DNA of 64,000 nucleotides from a virus (Duplodnaviria; Heunggongvirae; Uroviricota; Caudoviricetes): IMG/VR virus record IMGVR_UViG_3300011960_000019; one strand, 5' to 3'. Shown piece by piece: positions 1 to 8,470 of this stretch (position 1 is its first letter; each line of letters starts with the position of its first letter). The notes under the pieces were generated by a model. It saw only the letters and a program-made list of their open reading frames with translations, ran no database searches and was not told where the DNA came from. The position numbers and the translations under genes were made by a program.

Positions 1-123
1 GGGGGCCTGGCCCTCGGCTTCAGTATCTGTCGCGACCTGGTCAGGCAGGAACTGAAAACCAAAACGCTTCGCATCGGTAAGCGTCTGTATCGGGTTGTTC
101 ACGAGACTGGAGTGCGGAAATGA
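1..123 (+). CDS. 3' end of an upstream ORF (partial, no assignable function)
   Basis: Frame-1 reading frame is open from the window edge to TGA at 121-123, overlapping the ATG of the next ORF (ATGA coupling). Confidence 0.3.
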   Translation, partial: GGLALGFSICRDLVRQELKTKTLRIGKRLYRVVHETGVRK

Positions 124-425
124 GCAATTTGACCTCTTTCGACTGGTGGCTGGCAACCTACCTTGTGGCGGCCGGCTTCGGATATGCCTTTTACATTGGT
201 CAGTTAATCGTAAAGCTACTGCTGATCAGATTTGCCAGCCATAAACGCATAGACGACGGTCTGTGGCGCCTGGGTTCTCTGCTGGAGACTCACTACGGCG
301 AACTCAAGGAGAACGAAACTATCACTATTCAAGCGAAGCGTTTTACGGCCATCATCACGAGAACGCCGGAACAGAAGTTGAGTTTGATCAAAAAGATAGC
401 AACTGAACGAGTTACAGATAAATAA
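120..425 (+). CDS. small hypothetical protein with hydrophobic N-terminus (101 aa)
   Basis: ORF track. N-terminal segment WWLATYLVAAGFGYAFYIGQLIV looks like a single TM helix. No recognisable motif. Confidence 0.4.
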   Translation: MSNLTSFDWWLATYLVAAGFGYAFYIGQLIVKLLLIRFASHKRIDDGLWRLGSLLETHYGELKENETITIQAKRFTAIITRTPEQKLSLIKKIATERVTDK

Positions 426-811
426 GTATTTACTTACTTATTTATTATGTATAAGATTCACTTGTTTTCGTTGAGACGCGACTGTTTGAACGTTAAATAT
501 AACTGCAAACGAAGATACGTACCTGGCAGTAGCCTAAGAAGCCAAACACCAGCGAGGTCAGTTTCCAGCCTCGTCACCGAAATGGGACACACTGAGCGAG
601 TGTGATTGCAGAACGCAGGATAGGGCATGTTGCACCACCCATGCCCTATTCGATGAAGTAACAGGATGGGCGGTTGGTTTCCTCATTCCATTCCATCATC
701 CCGGTTTCAGCCAGCTGACCGTCCATCCTGTTACGTCATTTCCATTACTTATGTCGTTTAATCTTGGGTTAAAAGCGGCGACGTAACCCGGCTGGCTTGG
801 TTAGCCAGCGC

Positions 812-926
812 ACAACGTTGAGGTCACTGTTTTTCTTTTAATCATACAGGTGATTCCACAGAGCTGTAGTGACTGATCAATATGTTGGGTCGAACATAAA
901 TCGGTTCAGTGGCCTCAACGTTGTGA
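812..926. repeat. long-range inverted repeat (19-bp arms at 812-830 and 908-926, 18/19 complementary)
   Basis: cacaacgttgaggtcactg ... cagtggcctcaacgttgtg, read directly from the sequence, inside a 1-kb ORF-free region. Confidence 0.5.
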
Positions 927-1173
927 AAGCAGGATTCTTTAACCCTCTGGTGAAATCATTGTTGCCTATATAGCCCCTGGTTTCACAACATGGATGATTC
1001 CATACATCCAATAAGATCGAAGAGTCTGGCGGCCATCAACCGCCGAGAAGGATTCCAGATCTTCGCTCTATGTGAGCGAGCCACAAGCCTCGTCTGGCAC
1101 TAACGTAAAGTGCAAGTTGCGGGAAAGTTCTTGGTTGCCTGGTTGTCCATGAACAAGTACCGCCGCGAAAAAT

Positions 1174-1248
1174 GATGGTGTAGCTCAGTGGTAGAGCGGT
1201 TGACTGTTAATCAACTGGTCGGTGGTTCGAATCCACCCACCATCGCCA
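1174..1248 (+). tRNA. tRNA-Asn: tRNA-Asn (anticodon GTT)
   Basis: 7-bp acceptor stem gatggtg/caccatc. D-arm tagctcagtggtagagc. Anticodon stem ggttg/caacc with loop ctGTTaa. T-arm ggtgg-ttcgaat-ccacc. Discriminator G plus encoded CCA. Confidence 0.85.
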
Positions 1249-1250
1249 AC

Positions 1251-1332
1251 ACAGCGCTGAACGGTTTGGAGTTCGCCACCACCGTCCGAACGGAAAGACT
1301 CCGCAAAATGTCGCCAGACCGTTCAGCGCTGT
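1251..1332 (+). repeat. 15-bp-stem hairpin abutting the tRNA 3' end (arms 1251-1265 and 1318-1332, 52-nt loop)
   Basis: acagcgctgaacggt ... accgttcagcgctgt are perfect reverse complements. Position is immediately after the tRNA CCA. Confidence 0.5.
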
Positions 1333-1402
1333 GATAGACACGGCAGACGTTCTTAACCATTGCTTCTTAGCATTGTACCAACACTTTTTAGCGCAAATTC
1401 CA

Positions 1403-1424
1403 AAGGGGCTTCGGCCCCTTTTTT
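1403..1424 (+). terminator. rho-independent terminator
   Basis: aaggggcttcggcccc stem-loop followed by TTTTTT. Confidence 0.7.
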
Positions 1425-1544
1425 GCGTCTATGGAGGTTGGTAGTCAGATTGAAAATTCGTGGTTGTATTTGATAGCGACTTTTGGTTTTATGTTTTTCT
1501 TTAGTCGGTTAGTATCTTTTTACCATTCGACTAAGGGAAAAACG

Positions 1545-2414
1545 ATGAGGCTTTACATAATAGGAAACGGATTTGATATTCGACATGGCTTGCCAACAGG
1601 ATACAAGCACTTTAAGTCGTATGTAGCAAAACATGACCAAGAACTATATGACGCGATAGAAGAATACCTGCCTGCTGGAGACGAATGGAACGAGTTAGAA
1701 AGTGCTTTAGGTGCAATTGATTATGAGCTTATCCTTCAAAACAGTGAGATGTTTTTGGCTTCGTACAATACCGATGATTGGAGCGATGCCTATCATCACG
1801 ATTACCAATATGAAGTAGATAAAATCACACGGATGCTGTCAGCTCGCTTGAAGGAGCAATTCGCTGATTGGGTTAAAGGGATTAACATAACCGATGCTTG
1901 CAATTCTGAGCAATACATCCCGCCCATATCAAGAGAAAGCCTCTATTTTTCATTTAATTATACCAATACCTTGCAGCAGATCTATGCCGTTCCAGACGCG
2001 CAAATCATGCATATTCACGGCAATTGTATTTACGATGACGATCTCATACTAGGTCACAGTTTTAGGGTTGAAAAGTCACTAAATCCATATATAGGGCCGG
2101 ATCAAGATACAAGAATAGCAGAGGCATACGACAGCATAGACGAATACTTCGGTAATACATTCAAGCCCAGCGAAAACATAATTAAAGAAGAGAGCGTTTT
2201 TTTCTCGTCGCTTAAAAATGTGGATGAGGTCATTGTTTTAGGCCATTCGCTTGCCGAAGTTGACGGTGAATACTTCGCTGAAATAAATAAAAGCATCCAA
2301 GAAAATGCTCGATGGATAGTTGCTTTATATAGAGGTGAGGAAAAGTCAGGCAGCTTAGAAGATTATGATGTCAGAGACTCAAATATTTCTTACGTGCAGT
2401 ATGAAGATATCTGA
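1545..2414 (+). CDS. AbiH-like abortive-infection family protein
   Basis: N-terminal MRLYIIGNGFDIRHGLPTGYKHF matches the conserved AbiH-family opening (LxIIGNGFDxxHGLxTxY) as I recall it. A strong RBS (AAGGGA) precedes the ATG at 1545, and the frame is also open from 1431. GC is visibly lower than the neighbouring genes. Confidence 0.6.
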   Translation: MRLYIIGNGFDIRHGLPTGYKHFKSYVAKHDQELYDAIEEYLPAGDEWNELESALGAIDYELILQNSEMFLASYNTDDWSDAYHHDYQYEVDKITRMLSARLKEQFADWVKGINITDACNSEQYIPPISRESLYFSFNYTNTLQQIYAVPDAQIMHIHGNCIYDDDLILGHSFRVEKSLNPYIGPDQDTRIAEAYDSIDEYFGNTFKPSENIIKEESVFFSSLKNVDEVIVLGHSLAEVDGEYFAEINKSIQENARWIVALYRGEEKSGSLEDYDVRDSNISYVQYEDI

Positions 2415-2503
2415 ATGAGACTTCACATTATAACTATAATTGTGTAAAAAAATAAGGCTGGCAGTTTGTACCTTAAGAAAAATAGATAAGAGGCAGTTTA
2501 GTT

Positions 2504-3895
2504 ATGATAAATTATACTGACGAATCAACTTTTATTGAAAAATACAAACCGTTTAGAAAATTTTGGACAATTTTATCACCTCATTTTGTATTTCAACTGC
2601 ATTCACTTGCCAAAATGATAAGGGGTGAAGATCCAATTCAAGAACAACCTTCCAATGATGAAATTTTTCTTGAAGAGTATGAAATCTGTCTCAAAAATTG
2701 GAAAGACGCACAGAAACTTATATCTTTTGAGATTATTTTTCGGTTGCGAGATATAAAAAAATTGGAAGTTGAAAAAAAAGATCATCATCGAAACAAGGAT
2801 AAAGAAAAGAAAGAAAAGTGTATTGATGAAATAAATTTAAAAAAATTTGAAATTCTTATTCTTCGCCGTTGTATTGACTCACTAATTTGGAGCATACTTG
2901 ATGAAGATCACTCGAGTTTGCGGCGTTTACCTATTAACACAGGCAATGACAATCTATCAGAAGATAACATAATTGATTCTATGGTCGCAGCCGATCTTAT
3001 CAATCAGGACAAACACGCCGTAGCGATTGTCTCTGACATGAGTACATTTGTTCATGTGGGGGATTTAGTCACCTTTAATCCACTGGATGGCTTTCAACTC
3101 GTGGAAGTTAAAACAGGCAAAAAGAATAATGAGCTTTATGAAGCTGCCGAATTTTCTGTTATCTCAGAGTGTCCGCACTTTGAAGAAAACTTCATTAGCA
3201 ATATGCCTGAAAATGATGTTAAGCAATTTAATCGCATAAAAAGGCAAATCGTTCGTGGTATGAATGTGCTGGAGGCGATTAATACTGGCGAGGGCTTTGA
3301 CAATCTTCATCAATCTAAAGTTAAAATCGATGAGATAGACCATCCATCTGAGTTTTATACCCACCGTTTAGTTAAAATGTGGGAGATTATTCGCGGAGGA
3401 AAAAATTGGGCAATTGATACTATTGATGAATGTTTGTTCTTAGGTATGTACCGTGATTCTGAAATGGGTTTCGTTGCCTTCAATGGATGGATGGATGGCC
3501 TCGATATAAAAAGCCCTGTTGTGAATATAAACGATTCATTCTTTGACCCTTTGTCTCGGCCATTTATGAGTTTGCATCTGCCAACTGAAATGCTCTCCGA
3601 TCTCATGTCGGGACAAATAATCATCGTCATGTGTTTTGACAATGAACTTTTTTTTCACCGTGCTAACAAAGCGTACCCAGGTTTATTTCTCCTTAGCAAT
3701 ACGGCGAGAACAAAACAACCATTAGAAAATATTCTTCATGTTGGTTCGCAAGGGATAGCTTCTTACGTAGATGGGCATACCAGCTTTTTAGGTAATGGTA
3801 TTGAATCCCGAATCCTTTTCGATCAGCAACGACCCGACAACATTATTGAGTGGAGCTATGCTAGAAGCGATCTCAAAAAGCAACATGAAGCTTAA
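2504..3895 (+). CDS. hypothetical 463-aa protein with PD-(D/E)xK-like nuclease core, co-oriented partner of the AbiH-like gene
   Basis: Central segment AVAIVSDMSTFVHVGDLVTFNPLDGFQLVEVKTGKK fits the hhhD...hhhExK pattern. Lys-rich, low GC. RBS agagg upstream. Starts 90 bp after the AbiH-like stop. Confidence 0.45.
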   Translation: MINYTDESTFIEKYKPFRKFWTILSPHFVFQLHSLAKMIRGEDPIQEQPSNDEIFLEEYEICLKNWKDAQKLISFEIIFRLRDIKKLEVEKKDHHRNKDKEKKEKCIDEINLKKFEILILRRCIDSLIWSILDEDHSSLRRLPINTGNDNLSEDNIIDSMVAADLINQDKHAVAIVSDMSTFVHVGDLVTFNPLDGFQLVEVKTGKKNNELYEAAEFSVISECPHFEENFISNMPENDVKQFNRIKRQIVRGMNVLEAINTGEGFDNLHQSKVKIDEIDHPSEFYTHRLVKMWEIIRGGKNWAIDTIDECLFLGMYRDSEMGFVAFNGWMDGLDIKSPVVNINDSFFDPLSRPFMSLHLPTEMLSDLMSGQIIIVMCFDNELFFHRANKAYPGLFLLSNTARTKQPLENILHVGSQGIASYVDGHTSFLGNGIESRILFDQQRPDNIIEWSYARSDLKKQHEA

Positions 3896-4015
3896 GCCGT
3901 TGGATGGGATTTCCCATCCCTAGATGGGGATGTCCAGAACCACAAGCAATAAGTAATTACTTACCTATTATTTACGGGTATAGTTCTTTCAGTGACTCAC
4001 TTGAAAGGACTCAAT

Positions 4016-4789
4016 ATGGGAAACAAACGTAAACAGGCGCGTCGCGCAGCTCGTCAGGCACTGAAGTCAAAACCACGCATCCACGGCTACGAAATTGACA
4101 CAATCATCGTTGACGAGCTGGCTGCAGCCCCTGCTCTGCCACCAAAACCTAAACGCGACAACTCTCCCATCGAAGCGCGTAACGAGGCCCAGGCCCACTA
4201 TCTTATCTCCCTCGATACCAAACCTCTGACGTTCGCCACTGGTGAAGCCGGTTGCGGCAAGACCTACCTGGCTGCTGCCGTCGCAGCGCAGCGTCTGCTG
4301 GATAAGGAAGTCGGGAAGATCATCGTGACGCGTCCGGTATTGCAAGCAGAAGAAGATCTGGGTTTCCTTCCGGGCGACATGAGCGAGAAGTTCGCTCCGT
4401 TCTTCCGGCCCGTCTATGACGTGCTACAGAAGCGTTTGGGTGGCTCGTTCCTTGAATATTGCTTAAAGCCAGAGGTGGCCAAAGTAGAGATTGCCCCCTT
4501 TGCTTACATGCGTGGGCGCACGTTCGAGAACGCTGTAGTCATTCTCGATGAGGCGCAAAACGTTACAGCGTCACAAATAAAAATGTTCCTGACCCGTATG
4601 GGCGAGAACGTAACCGTCATTGTGAACGGAGATGTGACGCAATGCGACCTGCCTGTCAATGTTAAGTCTGGTCTGGAAGATGCACTGGAGCGTTTTAAAC
4701 CTTCCTCCCATGTTGGCCTTATTGAGTTTGCGACCGAAGACTGCGTGCGTTCTGAGCTATGCAAAGTCGCTCTGGAAGCCTATCAGTAA
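4016..4789 (+). CDS. phoH: PhoH-like ATPase
   Basis: Walker A GEAGCGKTYLAAAVA, then IIVTRPVLQAEEDLGFLPGD and Walker B VILDEAQN. Start chosen at the Met with RBS AAAGGA; the frame is open from 3992. Confidence 0.85.
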   Translation: MGNKRKQARRAARQALKSKPRIHGYEIDTIIVDELAAAPALPPKPKRDNSPIEARNEAQAHYLISLDTKPLTFATGEAGCGKTYLAAAVAAQRLLDKEVGKIIVTRPVLQAEEDLGFLPGDMSEKFAPFFRPVYDVLQKRLGGSFLEYCLKPEVAKVEIAPFAYMRGRTFENAVVILDEAQNVTASQIKMFLTRMGENVTVIVNGDVTQCDLPVNVKSGLEDALERFKPSSHVGLIEFATEDCVRSELCKVALEAYQ

Positions 4790-4799
4790 GGGAAAGCCA

Positions 4800-5003
4800 A
4801 TGACCAAAGAGTACCTGCCACACCAGAAACGTGTTATGGATGAACACGAAGAACTGTGTGGCCGCATACAAGAACTGGAGGCGTACATTACCGGCGACGA
4901 GTTTGCTCGCCTGCTGTATGTCGACCGCATCATCCTCATTAAGCAGCTGGACACGATGAAGGCGTATGACCTAATTCTTCGTGCCCGGATCGCTCGTTTT
5001 TAA
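4800..5003 (+). CDS. small hypothetical protein (67 aa)
   Basis: Internal Met of track ORF 4659..5003, starting just after the phoH stop with RBS aggga. No motif. Confidence 0.4.
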   Translation: MTKEYLPHQKRVMDEHEELCGRIQELEAYITGDEFARLLYVDRIILIKQLDTMKAYDLILRARIARF

Positions 5004-5018
5004 TGTAAGGAAACCAAA

Positions 5019-5399
5019 ATGACCGATATGGATATCGAAAAAGAGATTATGGCCAAAGGCAAAACGGCACCGCGTATTACTCCCCAGCACATTGAGGGCA
5101 TTATTCAAAGCGAGCATTATTTTAGCGCGTATGATGGAGCTAAATCGGGCGGTGAAGAAGTTGTGCAAATCTGGCACAACAAAGACGATCTGGGAAAAGA
5201 ATATGAGGTGCTATCTCTTCTAACTTTCTGCGTTCTGGTGCTGCGCAACGGCTTTGTCGTCACCGGCGAGTCTGCGTGCGCAAGCCCGGAGAACTTTGAT
5301 CCGGAGATCGGGCGTAAAATTGCACGCCAGAACGCGATTGCCAAAATCTGGCCACTGGAAGGCTATCTTCTCAAGCAGCAGCTGCACGAGGTGAAATGA
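5019..5399 (+). CDS. Gp49/gene-66 family phage protein (DUF-type)
   Basis: ITPQHIEGIIQSEHYF...LTFCVLVLRNGFVVTGESACASPENFDPEIGRKIARQNAIAKIWPLEGY resembles the N4 Gp49/Sf6 gp66 family as I recall it. RBS taagga. Confidence 0.5.
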   Translation: MTDMDIEKEIMAKGKTAPRITPQHIEGIIQSEHYFSAYDGAKSGGEEVVQIWHNKDDLGKEYEVLSLLTFCVLVLRNGFVVTGESACASPENFDPEIGRKIARQNAIAKIWPLEGYLLKQQLHEVK

Positions 5400-5644
5400 T
5401 GAAGGTCGTTATCTACGGACGTGATAATTGCTCATACTGCAAACGTGCGGTCGAGCTGGCGAAGCAGCTGCACGGCCACGGCTTTGGTGATTACGAATAC
5501 ATCGATATTGTGTCTGCTGGGATCGACAAAGAGAAGTTAAGCGACCTGGTTGGCAAGCCGGTGGAAACCATACCGCAGGTGTTCGTAAATGCTGAACCTA
5601 TCGGCGGCTATACAGAATTTGCTGCTTTTGCGAGCGCTCTGTAA
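5396..5644 (+). CDS. glutaredoxin-like protein (NrdH/NrdC-type redoxin)
   Basis: VVIYGRDNCSYCKRAVEL contains the CxxC redox motif; 82 aa; TIPQVFVN...GG at the C-terminus. Coupled to the previous gene (ATGATG overlap). Confidence 0.8.
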   Translation: MMKVVIYGRDNCSYCKRAVELAKQLHGHGFGDYEYIDIVSAGIDKEKLSDLVGKPVETIPQVFVNAEPIGGYTEFAAFASAL

Positions 5645-5650
5645 TACAAT

Positions 5651-5680
5651 ACGGCTCCTTTTGGGGCCGTTTATTATTTG
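5651..5680 (+). terminator. rho-independent terminator
   Basis: cggctccttttggggccg stem followed by tttattatttg. Confidence 0.55.
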
Positions 5681-5724
5681 TCGCTTTCATCAACACAGCG
5701 TACACTTAGTTACGAGCCATCGAG

Positions 5725-6348
5725 TTGTTAAGAGGTTTTATGCGTTTAGAAAATTGCCTTGAAGATATGAGTGTCATTAGCAATGCTCTTGCTACTGTGA
5801 CCTCTAACGCTTCGCGTTTTTCAAATGAAAAGCCTAAAGCCAAATCTGGGCGTGCCTTTATTGAGCCGCTTGGATATCGACGCTTCCGTGGCACGGTGAA
5901 GCACTCTGCGAAATTCGCAGGATTCAAAGTACAAGCCTATGTGAGTACTGCGGGTATTCCTGTTCAAGAGAACCGTGATGCGGCACAGCTGGCAGAGATC
6001 GAAAGCAAGCTCGCAGAATTGACGGCGAAACACGTTCGCCTGGCTAATGCCATCTCTGGATGGAAAGCGGAAAAGATTCGCATCTGCTTCGGTGAAAGCC
6101 GTTACGAAGAACTGAAGAACGTTGACCTGACCATTCGTGGTTTGGAGGGATTCGTTAACAAGTTGATTCGCGACTCTGAGCAGCCTCATCCATATTTGAA
6201 ACGCCTGAGCGATTCTGTAACTGAGTATCGTTTGGCTATCGCTGATCTGCTATTGATTTTAAATCAGTGTTTTAACGACGTAGACGTCATCGAATCGCAG
6301 ACTGGCCTCATTAATGAGGACGTCTTCGCCAACTTCTCATTCCATTGA
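5725..6348 (+). CDS. hypothetical protein (207 aa), upstream partner of the YafO-like gene
   Basis: ORF track, no recognisable motif. Ends 9 bp before the next start. Confidence 0.45.
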   Translation: MLRGFMRLENCLEDMSVISNALATVTSNASRFSNEKPKAKSGRAFIEPLGYRRFRGTVKHSAKFAGFKVQAYVSTAGIPVQENRDAAQLAEIESKLAELTAKHVRLANAISGWKAEKIRICFGESRYEELKNVDLTIRGLEGFVNKLIRDSEQPHPYLKRLSDSVTEYRLAIADLLLILNQCFNDVDVIESQTGLINEDVFANFSFH

Positions 6349-6357
6349 GGTTGAACG

Positions 6358-6768
6358 ATGAAGGTCACATGGAACAGTGATAGTTACGCCCAATTTTTAC
6401 AGCCGACCTTCGATATAAAGCCTGACTTAAAGATCACGTTACTCGACGATTTCACGTCGCTTAAACAAGGCATGTGCCCAGCCGTATTCGGCAAAGATGG
6501 CCCGTATACGGCTCCGGGTGCTATCGTGTCCTCCCGCGTTTATCACATTCATCTCTTGTTCACGAAGCAAGAACGAACCAGCAACCGCAACAGATTCAAT
6601 TGCACAAGCGACCGCGCACTCGTTTACAGTCAACATGCACATTTCCAAGATGTGTATAGCCTATTGGCAATCTTCCCTAACAACGCACATCAGTATGCGA
6701 AAGATCCAAAAATTATGGCCGATATCGCTGCATACGCCGCTGCATTTCAGGCGCTCAATAATCCGTGA
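6358..6768 (+). CDS. YafO-like toxin family protein (putative ribosome-dependent mRNA interferase)
   Basis: DFTSLKQGMCPAVFGKD...SRVYHIHLL...ALVYSQHAHFQDVYSLLAIFPNNAHQYAKDPKIMADIAAYAAAF aligns by eye with my recollection of E. coli YafO (DFISYKRDGVLPDIFGRD...ERVAHIHL...HLVYCQGAFDEQAWLLIAILKP...). RBS gaggt. Confidence 0.5.
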   Translation: MKVTWNSDSYAQFLQPTFDIKPDLKITLLDDFTSLKQGMCPAVFGKDGPYTAPGAIVSSRVYHIHLLFTKQERTSNRNRFNCTSDRALVYSQHAHFQDVYSLLAIFPNNAHQYAKDPKIMADIAAYAAAFQALNNP

Positions 6769-6895
6769 CAATCACGCTAATAAAACCTCAGAATTTAAAT
6801 TTCCGACCTTAAATGATTCCATACCTATTAAGTATGGAATCATTGTACAAAACAGGCTATTTTATGGTTGATCATACAAAAACTTATGCCTAATA

Positions 6896-6915
6896 TACTG
6901 TTTATAAATACAGTA
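6896..6915. promoter_or_regulatory. LexA (SOS) box
   Basis: TACTGTTTATAAATACAGTA is CTGT-N8-ACAG with an AT-rich spacer, a perfect core match to the E. coli LexA consensus. It lies 27 bp upstream of the recombinase start. Confidence 0.7.
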
Positions 6916-6941
6916 AAAAGGCTTCACTCAGTGAGTGGACG

Positions 6942-8048
6942 ATGAAAAACACCTTTGATAAAGCACGCGCAGCAGAAAACACCTCTCGGGAAGCCATCGA
7001 GTACCTCGAACGCGCTTCCGGTTTGTCGGCAGTGTCGACCGCCAAATTCGACGGTGACATGTCGTTTTCTTCCGCCTTCATGTTATTCACTCGCTTATCT
7101 TTACTGATAACGAGACGTCGACCTGAAATAGCCGTTCATTGTGTTTTGATACATGTAATGCCGCATATCTCTGATGTAAAGGTAAGTGATATAAGTAGGG
7201 TCTTGGTCAACCAGCTGGTGAACCCACTGATACTGGAAGGCAAGATCGTCCAGGGCAGACGCGTGTTCTCCCTGATGAAACAGTTCCTGAGCTGGTGCGC
7301 TTTTCAGGGGCTGATTGATACATCACCGTTGAATGATATGTCGCTCAATAGAGTTGCCGGTGGCGCAAAGCCAGTGCCGCGCGAACGTAAACTGACCGAC
7401 GCCGAGGTCTGGGTATTCTGGAACGTCTGGGATTACTTCAATGTGTGCGAAGGCACAAAGTGGGCGGCCAGGCTCTGTCTTGTCGCTGCCAGACGCCCCG
7501 ACGAAGTGCTCCGCGCCAAAAAGGATGAGTTCAACCTTCAGCGCGATGTATGGAATCAAGGTACACGAAACAAATCGGCCAGACAGCACGCGCTGCCGTT
7601 AAGCCCATTGATGCGTCAATGCGTGGAAGAGTTGTTCGAGTACGGGAAAGGCAGCCAGTGGCTCGTTCCTTCGAATAAGAAGAAGGGCGTGGATACGCCA
7701 ATGTCTAAGGTGGCCATTGCCCAGGCACTGAGAAGGATACTGGAACGACCTGAGTTGATGGAGGTTGAGTCATTCACCCCACGCGATCTGAGACGTACAG
7801 CGCGTAGTTATTTCCCTGCTCTGGGGATTAATCAGGAGGTGGCCCGTAAGATTATGAACCACAGTCTTGAAGGGATAGATCGCGTCTATGATCGCCACGA
7901 TTATATGGATGAGATGCGAGACGCCTTGAATAACTTCTCAACGTACATCGCATCTATCGTTAATCAAACAGACTTAGACGAGATAGACCACAAATTCAAG
8001 GGAGATCGTCTAGCCACGGAGCTTATTCGTGTAAATTTCTCACAGTGA
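6942..8048 (+). CDS. tyrosine recombinase / phage integrase family protein
   Basis: C-terminal catalytic region with RDLRRTARS, MNHS and YDRHDY (the R...H-x-x-R...Y arrangement). Confidence 0.8.
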   Translation: MKNTFDKARAAENTSREAIEYLERASGLSAVSTAKFDGDMSFSSAFMLFTRLSLLITRRRPEIAVHCVLIHVMPHISDVKVSDISRVLVNQLVNPLILEGKIVQGRRVFSLMKQFLSWCAFQGLIDTSPLNDMSLNRVAGGAKPVPRERKLTDAEVWVFWNVWDYFNVCEGTKWAARLCLVAARRPDEVLRAKKDEFNLQRDVWNQGTRNKSARQHALPLSPLMRQCVEELFEYGKGSQWLVPSNKKKGVDTPMSKVAIAQALRRILERPELMEVESFTPRDLRRTARSYFPALGINQEVARKIMNHSLEGIDRVYDRHDYMDEMRDALNNFSTYIASIVNQTDLDEIDHKFKGDRLATELIRVNFSQ

Positions 8049-8426
8049 CTTGATGGCCTCTACCACCTTTTCTGACGCACCCTGTTGACCGTCAAAACGG
8101 TTACGGAACGCTTCTAGAACGAGTTTTTCATCAGCGGAGAGAGGTGCAGTGCCCTCTTCGCGAAAAAACTCAAGCAGCTCAGGATGACGTTCTTCCAGAA
8201 CCATCAGCATCAGTCGAACCGGATCTGCATCCAGCGCTTCGGCTAATGCTCGAACCTTATCTACTGGAAGTGGGATTTTGCCGCTTTTGATGAGAGAGAG
8301 ATTGTTGGCGTTCTTGTACCCAACCTCTTTGGCAATGGTAGCCTGACTTTTAGGCGAGATTGTGATTAACGAGTCAATGTAAGCTGCGTAGCGACCTTGT
8401 TTGATCTCTGTTTCGTTGGTAGCCAT
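8040..8426 (-). CDS. XRE/Cro-CI family HTH transcriptional repressor
   Basis: QATIAKEVGYKNANNLSLIKSGK is a helix-turn-helix. 128 aa. Convergent with the recombinase. A palindrome of the dispersed family lies 32 bp upstream of its start. Confidence 0.7.
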   Translation of the reverse strand: MATNETEIKQGRYAAYIDSLITISPKSQATIAKEVGYKNANNLSLIKSGKIPLPVDKVRALAEALDADPVRLMLMVLEERHPELLEFFREEGTAPLSADEKLVLEAFRNRFDGQQGASEKVVEAIKSL

Positions 8427-8457
8427 GTAGTGAACCTTGCGTGTTTTGTTTATCTCT

Positions 8458-8470
8458 GGTAAGTGCTTAC
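8458..8470. promoter_or_regulatory. GGTAAGTGCTTAC palindrome (member of dispersed operator-like family) in the repressor promoter region
   Basis: Read directly. Near-palindromic, positioned upstream of the minus-strand repressor start at 8426. Confidence 0.5.

Noticed and set aside
560-760. Second tRNA-like element upstream of tRNA-Asn
   Set aside because: Several hairpins are present, but there is no GTTCGA-type T-loop, no 7-bp acceptor pairing and no cloverleaf register. It is left as unassigned structured DNA.
3902-3919. Hairpin ggatgggatttcccatcc after the AbiH-partner gene as a terminator
   Set aside because: It is a good stem but has no downstream T-run. It may still act as a terminator or processing site, but it is not called as a feature.
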